Source of the DNA: a virus
Lineage: Duplodnaviria; Caudoviricetes
Virus record (IMG/VR): IMGVR_UViG_3300027914_000334
Span: 32,001-96,000 of that record
Length of the DNA stretch: 64,000 nt
Reading direction: 5' to 3' (one strand)
Shown piece after piece: positions 1-9,783 of the stretch (its first letter is position 1; each line of letters opens with the position of its first letter). The notes under the pieces are model-generated. The model was given only the letters and a program-made list of their open reading frames with translations, had not been told where the DNA came from and did not search any database. The position numbers and the translations under genes were made by a program.

Positions 1-109
1 GTTTTCATAATATACGTCTGAGAACTCACTTGGCTTTGTATTGAGTTGGATAGCGGCTATAATAGCTTCAAGCCGTTTTAAGATTATTTCCTTTTTCGAG
101 TCTGCCATA

Positions 110-736
110 TTAGTTACCTTTCATTCTTTTTCTAATTTCATCTCTAATTTCATTGATATAATCAGCTATAGATTTAACTCCAGCTTCCAACATCAATGTT
201 CCATTACTATATATCTTACTCTTTTTACGCATTACATGTATTCGTCGTCTTTTACTCTTCCAATCCCACTTGACTTGACCTTTTGGACGTTTACCATAAT
301 ACCATACTAATGGTGAGCTTGCGGTTAAGTTAGAAGTAGATGGGATTACATAGTTTTCTCGACCATAATTCAACAATTTAATAATTGTTGAACCTTTTAC
401 TTTGTGTTGATTATTGGAAGAATTATATACAAATGTATGGTCTGCTCCTTCAAAATAATCATGAGTAAATTTATACAATTGGTTATCTCTATTTTTTGAT
501 GTATTATATACTTTAAATCCTCTTAATATTTTTGGTAGTCGTTTTCCAAATCTAACATTATAGCTAGAAAGCCTATCCATAATTGCATCTACATATATTG
601 TTTTTAACTCTTTTTGATTTACTCGTTTTAATTGTTCAGTAACACCAGAATATATTTTATTATAATTGCGTATCATTTTAACAAGATCGTTAGTTTTGCC
701 TTGTTTGAATTCAAATTTGAAATATCTTGTAGCCAT
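110..736 (-). CDS. hypothetical virion morphogenesis protein (neck/tail-completion position)
   Basis: 208 aa basic ORF, overlapping the stop of 736..1419, in the structural operon; function inferred from position only. Confidence 0.4.
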   Translation of the reverse strand: MATRYFKFEFKQGKTNDLVKMIRNYNKIYSGVTEQLKRVNQKELKTIYVDAIMDRLSSYNVRFGKRLPKILRGFKVYNTSKNRDNQLYKFTHDYFEGADHTFVYNSSNNQHKVKGSTIIKLLNYGRENYVIPSTSNLTASSPLVWYYGKRPKGQVKWDWKSKRRRIHVMRKKSKIYSNGTLMLEAGVKSIADYINEIRDEIRKRMKGN

Positions 737-1419
737 TATAATTTCATCACTTTCAGTTTAATACTTTTAATGATTTCATTATAAGCAGAATTTCTATTTT
801 TAACACCATCGACGGTTTCTTTGTCTACGCTTATGTTTCCGCGTCTATCGAAGTTGTATTTATTTCCACCTTGCAAATAAGCAGATTCTTTGAATGTCTT
901 GTCTCCAAGTTTATAGAACACAAGATTTATAAGATCATCTTCGAACATATCTGGGATTTCCGTAATTGTCCTATATTTCTCATATTCATAATAAACAGTC
1001 ACTACAGACGTTGGAGTTGGGATAAGATCGAATTTATCTGCGGCAACTATTTCTGCATCTTTTGGATTTAACTTCCTTATGATATCAAGACGCTGAATCA
1101 ATTCAACAGTCTGTGATGGATAGAAAGTACTTAAACTTGAAGATATATCTAAATTGGTTTTAATTTCTGGATCGTTAAATAAAGAAGTAGATTCTTGTGT
1201 GTAATAAACTTGTTTGAGTTTAATCAGATTAGAATCTGTTACGGTATATCTAGTCTGACCAGCAACTGTGTGAATGTGTCCTATTTCAACTAATGGATAA
1301 TATTCGGAAATTGTCTTTACAGCTTTATTAATCATTCTAGTAAGCATAGCATTATCGTATGTTGTTGCTGAAAGACCATAATCTGTTCTAAGTATATCTA
1401 AAATGGTTTCTAATAACAT
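736..1419 (-). CDS. putative head-tail adaptor/connector protein
   Basis: 227 aa; N-terminal helical segment 'ILDILRTDYG...LTRMINKAVK' and 'TVAGQTRY' are reminiscent of adaptors; lies downstream of the capsid gene. Confidence 0.45.
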   Translation of the reverse strand: MLLETILDILRTDYGLSATTYDNAMLTRMINKAVKTISEYYPLVEIGHIHTVAGQTRYTVTDSNLIKLKQVYYTQESTSLFNDPEIKTNLDISSSLSTFYPSQTVELIQRLDIIRKLNPKDAEIVAADKFDLIPTPTSVVTVYYEYEKYRTITEIPDMFEDDLINLVFYKLGDKTFKESAYLQGGNKYNFDRRGNISVDKETVDGVKNRNSAYNEIIKSIKLKVMKL

Positions 1420-1422
1420 AAA

Positions 1423-2127
1423 TTATCCTTTCTTACACACCTTATACAATAGGAACTTCCAGTTGTATTTCTTCATGAATTCCCAACCGGGAATATACAG
1501 GTTGAACATCTTCTGATAGTATGACTTTACACCACATTTCATACCAAACTTAGAAGCAATCTCGTCAAATTGGGCTTTTGTGAAGATTGTTTCGTTTTCA
1601 GAAACTTTCTTTTCTTCATTATCCATGTTTAGGATGCAGAACACAATAGCTCCATCCTTACATACTTTATTAATCTGATCCATTACAATATACAACTTGT
1701 TACGTGGAATATAATTCATCATAAACATCGAATGAACAAAGTCTATAGAGTTGGGTTCTATCATCTCCAAATCCCAAGCAGGAGAACATACAGTTTTAAT
1801 ATTTTTAAATGGAGACTTAGAAATAGCATAATTAGAAATATCAACACCAATGCTATTTGCTCCATAATCTGCAAATGCCGATGTAATAGCTCCCATAGCA
1901 GAACCAAGATCGAGCACATTCTTTCCTTTGATACCAAAAATCTTATCTATAAAATAGGCATACATCATCTGCCAAGCACCCTTGGATGATACGTCAATAC
2001 CATGCATTTTTAATCCATCAAAATACTCTTGTTCAAACGATATAGGTGTTTCAAGCGACTGTTCTGTTTGTTGTATAGTTTCATCTTTAATTTCTTCAGT
2101 TACTACATTCTTACTTCTCTTAGTCAT
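1423..2127 (-). CDS. class I SAM-dependent methyltransferase
   Basis: motif I VLDLGSAMG, then GVDIS and SIDFVHS. Confidence 0.85.
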   Translation of the reverse strand: MTKRSKNVVTEEIKDETIQQTEQSLETPISFEQEYFDGLKMHGIDVSSKGAWQMMYAYFIDKIFGIKGKNVLDLGSAMGAITSAFADYGANSIGVDISNYAISKSPFKNIKTVCSPAWDLEMIEPNSIDFVHSMFMMNYIPRNKLYIVMDQINKVCKDGAIVFCILNMDNEEKKVSENETIFTKAQFDEIASKFGMKCGVKSYYQKMFNLYIPGWEFMKKYNWKFLLYKVCKKG

Positions 2128-2128
2128 A

Positions 2129-3166
2129 TTATTCTCCTACTATTGATTCGATCTTGGTTTGTATTTTTGATATTAATTCATCTTCATTGAAACTTCGCAT
2201 ACAATTTATCTTTCTTTCGCAAAACTTTTGCGTTTCAAAGCAAGGTTTACAACCGATCATTTCCGCTATAGAAATAGACTTAGCCTTTTCTGGATATTGT
2301 GGATGTAAAGAAACTCGTTCTTCTTCTCTAGTAGGCCCAAGTATTACGAGTACAGGACAATTTGCTGAATGAGCCATCCACAACATTCCAGAATCCATTG
2401 TTATACAACAATCCAATTGCATAAGAGTTGCTATAACCTGATATGTGTCTAATTTACCACATGTGTTAATGATGTTCGTACCTTCAAAACCCTTAGAAGC
2501 ATCAGCATCGAGTAAAACAACTGTATACTTTTCTGCTAGTTTATGGCTTATTCTCTTAACTAGTTCATAGTTAAGAGTTTTTAGCATACCAGAACCACGA
2601 ATTTGGATGCCTATTTTCTTTCTTTTTGTATCCATATAGCTAACAACATCCTTGCTTAGATGTGTAGGGTTCCAGTCAAGGTCTTCTTTATTTATGCCAT
2701 GAATTCCTAATATATTCAAATAGATTTCTACTCTATGTAACTGATTCTCATCATTACTAAGACTATGATCCTTCTCAAGACACCCATTTAGATTGAAACA
2801 AATATCGTTGTTAGTGAAAGTTACAGCAGAAGATTCGGTATTAAATCTGATATCTCTGTATATATTTCTAAGTTTCATACAATATTCATCGGTTGTTGTT
2901 ATCCATACATTTTTAATATTATAATACTTTTTAAAATATCTAGCTACTGCTATTAGTTGTATTAAGTCACCAAGCGCATAATTTCTCAATAAGTATACAT
3001 TATTTAAATTTTTAAACATATCGGTATTAAATTTTACAAAAGCATATTCTGGCAAATACTTAAATGCTGTAGATTCAACAACCATACCGGGAGCAACAGC
3101 AACTGGAAATATTGATGTCGGAACATCAAGTACTTGTGTTAGTTTGCTTCTATTAACCATTAACAT
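2129..3166 (-). CDS. glycosyltransferase family 9 (heptosyltransferase-like, GT-B fold)
   Basis: N-domain ALGDLI; C-domain ITMDSGMLWMAHSANCPVLVILGPT (GT9 DSG..H.A...P....FGPT pattern) and CKPC. Confidence 0.85.
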   Translation of the reverse strand: MLMVNRSKLTQVLDVPTSIFPVAVAPGMVVESTAFKYLPEYAFVKFNTDMFKNLNNVYLLRNYALGDLIQLIAVARYFKKYYNIKNVWITTTDEYCMKLRNIYRDIRFNTESSAVTFTNNDICFNLNGCLEKDHSLSNDENQLHRVEIYLNILGIHGINKEDLDWNPTHLSKDVVSYMDTKRKKIGIQIRGSGMLKTLNYELVKRISHKLAEKYTVVLLDADASKGFEGTNIINTCGKLDTYQVIATLMQLDCCITMDSGMLWMAHSANCPVLVILGPTREEERVSLHPQYPEKAKSISIAEMIGCKPCFETQKFCERKINCMRSFNEDELISKIQTKIESIVGE

Positions 3167-3776
3167 TTAATATGTTCTCCGCATAAGAAATCTCATCTTG
3201 GGTTATAGGTATTGAAAAATCATAATTATCAACGTTTATTCCAAAAAATCTTTCGTATAGTTTAGTTCTGTGTATGAGTCTTTCGCTATTCGTTAAACTA
3301 TGATCTTGTTCAAGAACACCATCTAAGCAAACTGTTTTATCATAGTTTGACTTTTTATACAAATTAAGATTTATCACATCATCAAATGCATCTACAACCC
3401 TCTTCATTGGCCCAACAAATCTTTCTTGTGTTATTAAAGATATCCTAAAGTTATATATCTTTTTAAGATGTCTAGCTACTGGCAATAACATAATTAAATC
3501 ACCAAGAGCACCAAATCTAATGATACCAAGTTTAAATCTGATATCCTTATTTTCCTTTGATGTTTGATCTATTACTTTTGTTTCTTGTGGTATTGACTCT
3601 AAAGGTTTATTGAATTTCAAATCATCTTCTGATAAAAAATATTCCTCTTTCAATAATATTTCTGCTATCTTGTCTGGAACATCAGTCCAATTATTTCTAA
3701 CAAACTGTTTGAAATAAGAATATTGCATTAGACATATCTGTATTTTCTCATATAATCCAGTGTATTTTATTTTCAT
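3153..3776 (-). CDS. GT9 N-terminal half-domain protein with extra N-terminal domain
   Basis: IIRFGALGDLIMLLPVARHLK; shares LDGVLEQDHSL..HR with the neighbouring GT9 and lacks the DSG C-domain. Confidence 0.7.
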   Translation of the reverse strand: MKIKYTGLYEKIQICLMQYSYFKQFVRNNWTDVPDKIAEILLKEEYFLSEDDLKFNKPLESIPQETKVIDQTSKENKDIRFKLGIIRFGALGDLIMLLPVARHLKKIYNFRISLITQERFVGPMKRVVDAFDDVINLNLYKKSNYDKTVCLDGVLEQDHSLTNSERLIHRTKLYERFFGINVDNYDFSIPITQDEISYAENILNVNG

Positions 3777-3817
3777 ATAATACTCCTATATTATGATATA
3801 CAGCTACATATAGAAAT

Positions 3818-3847
3818 AAACAAGGGGTGGATTTCTCCACCCCTTGT
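3818..3847 (-). terminator. intrinsic terminator after the major capsid gene
   Basis: ACAAGGGGTGGA-GAAA-TCCACCCCTTGT followed by a T-rich tail on the minus strand. Confidence 0.75.
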
Positions 3848-3893
3848 AGTTGTCATAAGCGTTTAATGATCTTAAACGCTTATTTTATGCATT

Positions 3894-5039
3894 TCACGAA
3901 CCGGTAATTGTTAATACTCCTAACAAATCCCCTCTGACGCACTTCATACCGGCGCGGCTAAGGATAGCGCGTGTGGTAACGAAGGTATCAGGATTGGTGA
4001 AAGGATCGGAGAAGTAGGACAGGATGTAAGGTGCCCACACGTAGCAGGTATCCATCCAGTTAGAGGCGTTGTTGTAACCCATGAGAACCTTGTTGGCGGG
4101 GAAGAATGGGTCAACATAGATGCGCCAGCGGCTATTCAGGGTACCCATGAAGTAACGGCCACCGGTAGAAATGATCTTCTGTTCAACGGTAGCGGCATCA
4201 TCGGCGCGGAAACCAGCCATCTTCTCCATGAAACCAGCTACTTCGGCAGGAACCACGATCCAGTTGGTCTTGCGATAGGTCTTCTTGAAGATTTGCGTAT
4301 CGATATCGATAAGCTTCTCGTAGAAGGTTTCCATCCAAACCTTGCGGTCGGTATAGGTGATACCAGCAGGAACGCTCTGGTCGAAGGTAGCGGCACCACC
4401 GGTAGCTCCATCAAGCATGTCTTGAAGAACCATGCGATCCCACTCACGAACGATTTCAGCACCGAGAGCGAAGTTAAGATCGGAAGCAACGTTGATACCA
4501 TGATAAGCCATGATATCTTGATAGCTTTCGATTGTATTCGACGCCTTAAGCTTCTTCTCTACAGCGGTGAGTGAGCTATCGGTGATCTTCAGTACGATTT
4601 CTTTGATAGCCTTGGGAGAATTTGGGTTGTATTCCTCGTTATCAGCATAGGTGCGGCGGTTGTGGATGTCGGCACTTACGGAAGTGGCATCGTCGCGCTG
4701 AATGTCATAGTAGAAAATCTTGGTGGTAGGCTGACTCATCGGCTGAACGCTAACGAGTTCCTGCGAAATCATCGAAGGGAATACCTTGCGAATGAGAGGA
4801 AGTTGGGTCTTGACGAAGGTAGCCGCAGAAGCGTTGGTAGTCATAGCTTCCTTGATAGCTTCGTAAGAAGGCAGACCGGTCTTCAGACCGAAATCCTTGA
4901 TGGCGTTGTCGATGAGGACAGCCATCTTGTTTTGCTGAACTTTGGCGAGGTCTTCATTTTTGGTGTAGTGAGTAACACCTTCCATGAGATGACCAAAGGT
5001 CTTGAAAATCTGCTCATTGCGTTCGGTAAAGGTTTGCAT
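3894..5039 (-). CDS. major capsid protein (T4 gp23-like)
   Basis: LPLIRKVFP..ISQELVSVQPM.QPT, EI.RE.DR, YVWAPY, P.TF...RAI.SR; strong codon bias typical of highly expressed genes. Confidence 0.93.
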   Translation of the reverse strand: MQTFTERNEQIFKTFGHLMEGVTHYTKNEDLAKVQQNKMAVLIDNAIKDFGLKTGLPSYEAIKEAMTTNASAATFVKTQLPLIRKVFPSMISQELVSVQPMSQPTTKIFYYDIQRDDATSVSADIHNRRTYADNEEYNPNSPKAIKEIVLKITDSSLTAVEKKLKASNTIESYQDIMAYHGINVASDLNFALGAEIVREWDRMVLQDMLDGATGGAATFDQSVPAGITYTDRKVWMETFYEKLIDIDTQIFKKTYRKTNWIVVPAEVAGFMEKMAGFRADDAATVEQKIISTGGRYFMGTLNSRWRIYVDPFFPANKVLMGYNNASNWMDTCYVWAPYILSYFSDPFTNPDTFVTTRAILSRAGMKCVRGDLLGVLTITGS

Positions 5040-5069
5040 ACTAGATTTCTCCTTTTAAATTTTTCTTAA

Positions 5070-6275
5070 TTACAGAATTTTCTTGTAATCTTCAACTGAC
5101 AGAATCGCAAGACCTGCGCTCTTACGTTGATCGTTCATGAGTTTGAGATCGGCAAGTAACTTAGCATCCGTAACAACCTGAGCTTCGTTTTCGGTCTTAG
5201 GCTTCGCGGCGGCTTCGTCTGTAACCTTTTTGAACTCATCAAGGAATGTCTTATTTGCATCATATACCTTGCGAACTTCTTCGGCATTGATACAAGCTTC
5301 GAACTTAGCCATCAGAGAGTCGAATTTGGCAAACTCTGGATCGTTAGCTTTGATGGTTTCGATTTCCTTGTCCTTCGAAATCTTGACCTTCTCAGCTTCG
5401 ATAGCTGTGAGTTGTTCATTAGCAGATTCAAGAGCCTTCTTAGCTACATTAAGCTCATCAGTAAGCTTCTTAATTTCGGCATCCTTAGCGGAAATAATTT
5501 CCGACTCAGGAAGGGATACAAACATTTCGGGCTTAATAGCTTTGATGCTTTCAACAAGCTTCTCAAAGTTGGCAGAGATAGCTTCCGCTTTCTGCTTGAA
5601 AGATTCCACCATAACATTCGACTCGTTAAGCTTCGTTGTAAACGATGCTTCATACTCATCGAAAATCGAAGGGAATTCTTTCTTAAGTTCATCAAGAGAC
5701 TTAGGCATAGATTCTTCGCTCCTTTTACTTTCTAAAGTCATACCATTCTCGGTTTCGGAAACAGCGGGTGTATCTACAAAATCGATATTTTCAAGGACAT
5801 ATCCCTTTTGTATTACATCATGCTTCCCATCAACTCCGGGATATTCCTGATCGCATACTGAAGGGCCATAGCCACGGGTTGAAACGCCCACCATTGCACC
5901 GGCATCCAGTATTGCTTTCAAGTCTTTCCCGTAGGTTGTGTCAATAATTTGAGCCTTATAATAAGCAAAACCATCGTCCTGAATATCACTAACATCAAGC
6001 AGAACCGCACAAGTCTTTGATAAAGTACCACCATCTAACATACCGGGATGATCCATAGCCATCTTAATCTGGCGTTTCTGAACCTTCTCACGGAACTTAG
6101 AAATGGCTTCATTCATAACTTCCTTGGGATAAATACGGTTGTTGAGATTTGGGCGATCTGCCATAGTGAATGGGCCAGAAATAACATATTTCTTACCATT
6201 ACCAGATTCATCTACCATTTCTTCTAACTTTGTACTTCCAAAGTAGGTTTCGAGAATTCTGTTCTTCTTAGCCAT
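5070..6275 (-). CDS. prohead protease (gp21-like) fused to a coiled-coil scaffold
   Basis: N.NNRIYP, MDHP, GVSTRGYG, DFVDTPA; C-terminal acidic coiled coil. Confidence 0.9.
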   Translation of the reverse strand: MAKKNRILETYFGSTKLEEMVDESGNGKKYVISGPFTMADRPNLNNRIYPKEVMNEAISKFREKVQKRQIKMAMDHPGMLDGGTLSKTCAVLLDVSDIQDDGFAYYKAQIIDTTYGKDLKAILDAGAMVGVSTRGYGPSVCDQEYPGVDGKHDVIQKGYVLENIDFVDTPAVSETENGMTLESKRSEESMPKSLDELKKEFPSIFDEYEASFTTKLNESNVMVESFKQKAEAISANFEKLVESIKAIKPEMFVSLPESEIISAKDAEIKKLTDELNVAKKALESANEQLTAIEAEKVKISKDKEIETIKANDPEFAKFDSLMAKFEACINAEEVRKVYDANKTFLDEFKKVTDEAAAKPKTENEAQVVTDAKLLADLKLMNDQRKSAGLAILSVEDYKKIL

Positions 6276-6330
6276 GTTATTTATTCCTTCGTTAAATTCA
6301 CTTTTATCTTATCTTCGGACTTAAGTAAAG

Positions 6331-6477
6331 TCAAACTGTTAGACGAGCAATCGCGTAATATAGTGGATAAGGTAATCCATTAGAAACAGCATGATTATAA
6401 AATTCAATTACTTTCGCAATTTCCACTTCTGAAAACTTATACATCCGTAATGCGTTTTTAATTTCTTTCTCGCTCAT
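6331..6477 (-). CDS. small hypothetical protein (48 aa, not in the ORF track)
   Basis: MSEKEIKNALRMYKF...; the ATG overlaps the stop of the upstream ORF. Confidence 0.5.
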   Translation of the reverse strand: MSEKEIKNALRMYKFSEVEIAKVIEFYNHAVSNGLPYPLYYAIARLTV

Positions 6478-6950
6478 CTGTATCTTAATATACCTCGCTT
6501 TTTGGCTCTGCCTAATTTAACAGCGGCACCAAGTTGTCCACGCTTTGATCGATATGAATATATACCATGAGCTTTTAAGTTAACCTTAAATTGAAGAATA
6601 CTACCGTCTTTCCTGTTTACATCTACGATTGCAGTATGCCATGTCTTAGGTTTAACATGGATAGATGTTCCTTCATATGCAACTTTGAATGAGTTTAAAA
6701 AAGTCTTAGACTTCTTCAAGAACCTAGCATAAGATGCTCTAATTTTTTTAGAGAACCTTTGAATTCTCTTGGATGGGTAAATATATACATATTGTCCGGG
6801 AGTTCCGAATCTCTGAATGTATTTGGTTCCAGCACCCATAGTACCTAAACGGTACTCATACAAATCACCCTCTATTTGTTCCTTGCTTATTATCGTATCG
6901 AATGAAACATTTGGCATGAAATCATTAACAACTTCCATTAATTGTTCCAT
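6474..6950 (-). CDS. hypothetical head-associated protein
   Basis: basic ORF with KYIQRFGTPGQYVYIY; start reassigned to MEQLM just after the upstream stop. Confidence 0.5.
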   Translation of the reverse strand: MEQLMEVVNDFMPNVSFDTIISKEQIEGDLYEYRLGTMGAGTKYIQRFGTPGQYVYIYPSKRIQRFSKKIRASYARFLKKSKTFLNSFKVAYEGTSIHVKPKTWHTAIVDVNRKDGSILQFKVNLKAHGIYSYRSKRGQLGAAVKLGRAKKRGILRYR

Positions 6951-6951
6951 T

Positions 6952-8055
6952 TTATTTCTCCCTAAAAAGGATAGCACTTTTTGGGTCAATCATAAGCTCA
7001 CTCTTATCCATAAGTCGTATCCTTATGAACTTATCATATCTTCCGACTACTTTGCCATAAATTTGTTTATCGCCAGCAAAGAATGAAATCATATCATTGG
7101 CATTGACATCAGTTGATAGTGTTACAAGAGAGAACTTTGCATTTGTATTGAATTCTTTTATATCACCAAGAAATCGCCTAACTGGAAATGCATCACTGAT
7201 ATAGAGATTGTATCGTGTCTTGTATTCTGAGAATCTTCTCTTAATGCTATTGCAGTTATCTTGGTATTCTTTCATGCCAGTTATAGCATACATACCTTTA
7301 TTATAATAGAACTCATTACGCAATGTCATTAAGTCAAAATATTGTTCTTCTGAAGGTAAATCACCTTTTTGATTAAAATTCTTAACAATAAACGTATCAT
7401 AATCTCCAGAATTCATAGTATTTGTATATAAATACAATAAAGAACATTTACAATTCGATAGACATCTACTAGCACCAGATTTAGGATAACCGGGTAGTGA
7501 TTTTTTTGTATATGGATTCTTAGCATTGAATACTATACAATCAAGACAATGTTTATCCGTTTCTCCAAGATTCCATAAAATCTTAGCTTCTTCTGGCATG
7601 TATACAAGTCTACCAAATCCAAACATAGCATCTAGGCTGTCAGAATACATTCCCATACGCCTTACATATGGCATCTTACCAGAACCAGTTATGATATCGT
7701 CGGCAAATTTAGACATATAATCCATTTCACGCTTTACTTGATAACCTACGAATCTTCGTTCTGTTTCATCAAGACCATTATAATGGCCTTGTCCGAATAC
7801 TTTACCATTAGCATAAGCTTCTGTGAATGCTAGCTTCATAGATTCTTTTTGCATCTTTAGATAGTCTGCTTTTGTTATCCTACCAGCAATCAATAATTGC
7901 ATATTACCAATAAGCTTATCATGGTAATCTTTTTTAATCTTGATATAGTCACCTATGACCTTTTTCTTCATACGTGGAGAAAGGTTAATAGGCAAAGATA
8001 CACCACGATTCTTCTTTAGAAGGTTCTTAGAGAATTTTTCGCATTTTTCGCACAT
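6952..8055 (-). CDS. head morphogenesis (Mu gpF/SPP1 gp7-like) protein
   Basis: directly downstream of portal; W.LG...HC.DC ... PG.P..G...CLSNCKC pattern. Confidence 0.65.
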   Translation of the reverse strand: MCEKCEKFSKNLLKKNRGVSLPINLSPRMKKKVIGDYIKIKKDYHDKLIGNMQLLIAGRITKADYLKMQKESMKLAFTEAYANGKVFGQGHYNGLDETERRFVGYQVKREMDYMSKFADDIITGSGKMPYVRRMGMYSDSLDAMFGFGRLVYMPEEAKILWNLGETDKHCLDCIVFNAKNPYTKKSLPGYPKSGASRCLSNCKCSLLYLYTNTMNSGDYDTFIVKNFNQKGDLPSEEQYFDLMTLRNEFYYNKGMYAITGMKEYQDNCNSIKRRFSEYKTRYNLYISDAFPVRRFLGDIKEFNTNAKFSLVTLSTDVNANDMISFFAGDKQIYGKVVGRYDKFIRIRLMDKSELMIDPKSAILFREK

Positions 8056-9767
8056 TAAAATTCACCAATTCTTGTATTTGTGAGATGTATAAATTGGTAT
8101 AACAAATTCCTAAGTTCTTTGTTTTGTTCAACAAGATTGCTCATTTTTTCGAATTGATTGTATTGTCGCTTTGTCATCCTAGACTTAGCCATTTCCATAT
8201 ATTTGTCTTTGGTCATGGCTTCCATTTCGTCATCTTCCTCGTCATCTTCATCCTCTTCATCAGTTGACTTGGTAGACTTCTTTGGCTTGTTTGGATTGAC
8301 CTTTGCCGCTTGAGCATCTGGGTCTTCATCGTCCATCGACATATATTCAGACTCAGCATCGGGATCGCCAGTATCATTCTTAGCCAGTGCCAACTGAGCA
8401 TTGAATTCTTCTTCGGCGGCATCTTCAGCGGCTTCCATGCGTTCTTTCACTTCGGCTATAGTGGCATCATCCCAACCAAGTATATTCTCGTAGATATATT
8501 GGTCATCGATGATGGACATATCTTGACTCATCATAGCGGCTACTTGGCACTTAATCTGTTCGATCTTCCACTTGCGTTCTTCGTCAATAGTACCACAAAC
8601 AGGCCAATCGACATATAACGTATCATCTTGTATCTTTTCAGCTTCAAGTGCGTTCTTAAAGAAGCGAATAATTTCTGATTCAAGTACAGTCTGGATCATG
8701 CGTATCATACGAAGGAAACAAATAAATTGCATATCAGAAGTCGATTTAGAATTTACATCTTCTTCCTTACCTATCAAAAGTTTAGGAACACCTACAGCAT
8801 AAATCATTTTATTCTGAAAGTAATTTACATCTTCGATGTTCTTTCCAGTTCCTTCGCCCTTGTTAAGAGCAACAACATTTCCACCAGAACCTTGGCGGGT
8901 AGGTACGTAAATATCTTCCATTGTAGAAAGAGGATTGTACTTGTAAGACATTTGACCTGTAGCTGGATCGATATACTTTCGGCGAATAATTCTTTGTTGG
9001 TATTTCTTCAGATAATCAAGAGCATCATCACCATCAAGATCACCTACGTCTACAATAATGGCATAATTCTGATTCGACCTAGAAAGGCGAGAGATCATAA
9101 GACCCTCTTCCATAAGGCGAACTTGACGATAAATTAACCTAGCTTTCTCTATCCTAGATACGCCTTTGCCAGTGATACCATAACGCCTTCTGTCTGTCTT
9201 TAAAGAGAAGTGAAGACATTCTTTATCTGGCAGTTCAGCTACAACTTTACGATCACTGTTAATCTGTTGGATCATAGGGCTAACGCCCTTGATACCATTC
9301 TCCATTTTAACAATAACTGTTTCAACCGGTATCGATTTGAAGCCAACTACGCGACGAGTCTTTTCACCGAAAAGAATTTCTTCAAAATCATCTCCATACT
9401 TACATACATCACGAACTATGCTGTGAAATTCTGTTTGAAATTTAGTTCGCTTCTCTATCTCATCGATAATTTTTTGATTTTCTTTATTCTTACTCTTAAC
9501 CTTGAAAACACGACTTTTGTTGACGTTATCTGGATACACAACGAAATCAGCTATAACATCCAGTGCTGTTGAAATCTCTGGAATCTCAGCATCCATAAGT
9601 TCATAATCTGTATATTTGGCTCGATCTTCTGAGTTCCTTCCCAACTGAGCATCTAAGTACGAAGACCAATTAGACTGTTCTGCGTAATCAGGATCGGCTT
9701 GTGTCTTTGCCTTCTTAGGCGCTTCTTCACCCTTGAATATTCGTTTAAGAGCTTCTATGATACTCAT
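8055..9767 (-). CDS. portal protein (T4 gp20-like)
   Basis: YELMD...PEISTALD, LMEEGLMISRLSR, VDVGDL, MEDIYVP.R, EDVNYFQNK...A.GVP. Confidence 0.92.
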   Translation of the reverse strand: MSIIEALKRIFKGEEAPKKAKTQADPDYAEQSNWSSYLDAQLGRNSEDRAKYTDYELMDAEIPEISTALDVIADFVVYPDNVNKSRVFKVKSKNKENQKIIDEIEKRTKFQTEFHSIVRDVCKYGDDFEEILFGEKTRRVVGFKSIPVETVIVKMENGIKGVSPMIQQINSDRKVVAELPDKECLHFSLKTDRRRYGITGKGVSRIEKARLIYRQVRLMEEGLMISRLSRSNQNYAIIVDVGDLDGDDALDYLKKYQQRIIRRKYIDPATGQMSYKYNPLSTMEDIYVPTRQGSGGNVVALNKGEGTGKNIEDVNYFQNKMIYAVGVPKLLIGKEEDVNSKSTSDMQFICFLRMIRMIQTVLESEIIRFFKNALEAEKIQDDTLYVDWPVCGTIDEERKWKIEQIKCQVAAMMSQDMSIIDDQYIYENILGWDDATIAEVKERMEAAEDAAEEEFNAQLALAKNDTGDPDAESEYMSMDDEDPDAQAAKVNPNKPKKSTKSTDEEDEDDEEDDEMEAMTKDKYMEMAKSRMTKRQYNQFEKMSNLVEQNKELRNLLYQFIHLTNTRIGEF

Positions 9768-9783
9768 TTGGATTACTCCTTAA

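Noticed and set aside
3894-5039. Higher GC of the capsid gene as horizontal transfer
   Set aside because: It covers the whole gene and is shared by other probably highly expressed genes (for example 39136..39702), so it is better explained by codon bias.
5230-5850. 206-aa plus-strand ORF and similar antisense ORFs (16032..16595, 49603..50259, 54052..54600, 62878..63369)
   Set aside because: Shadow ORFs opposite well-supported genes, with no recognisable motifs.
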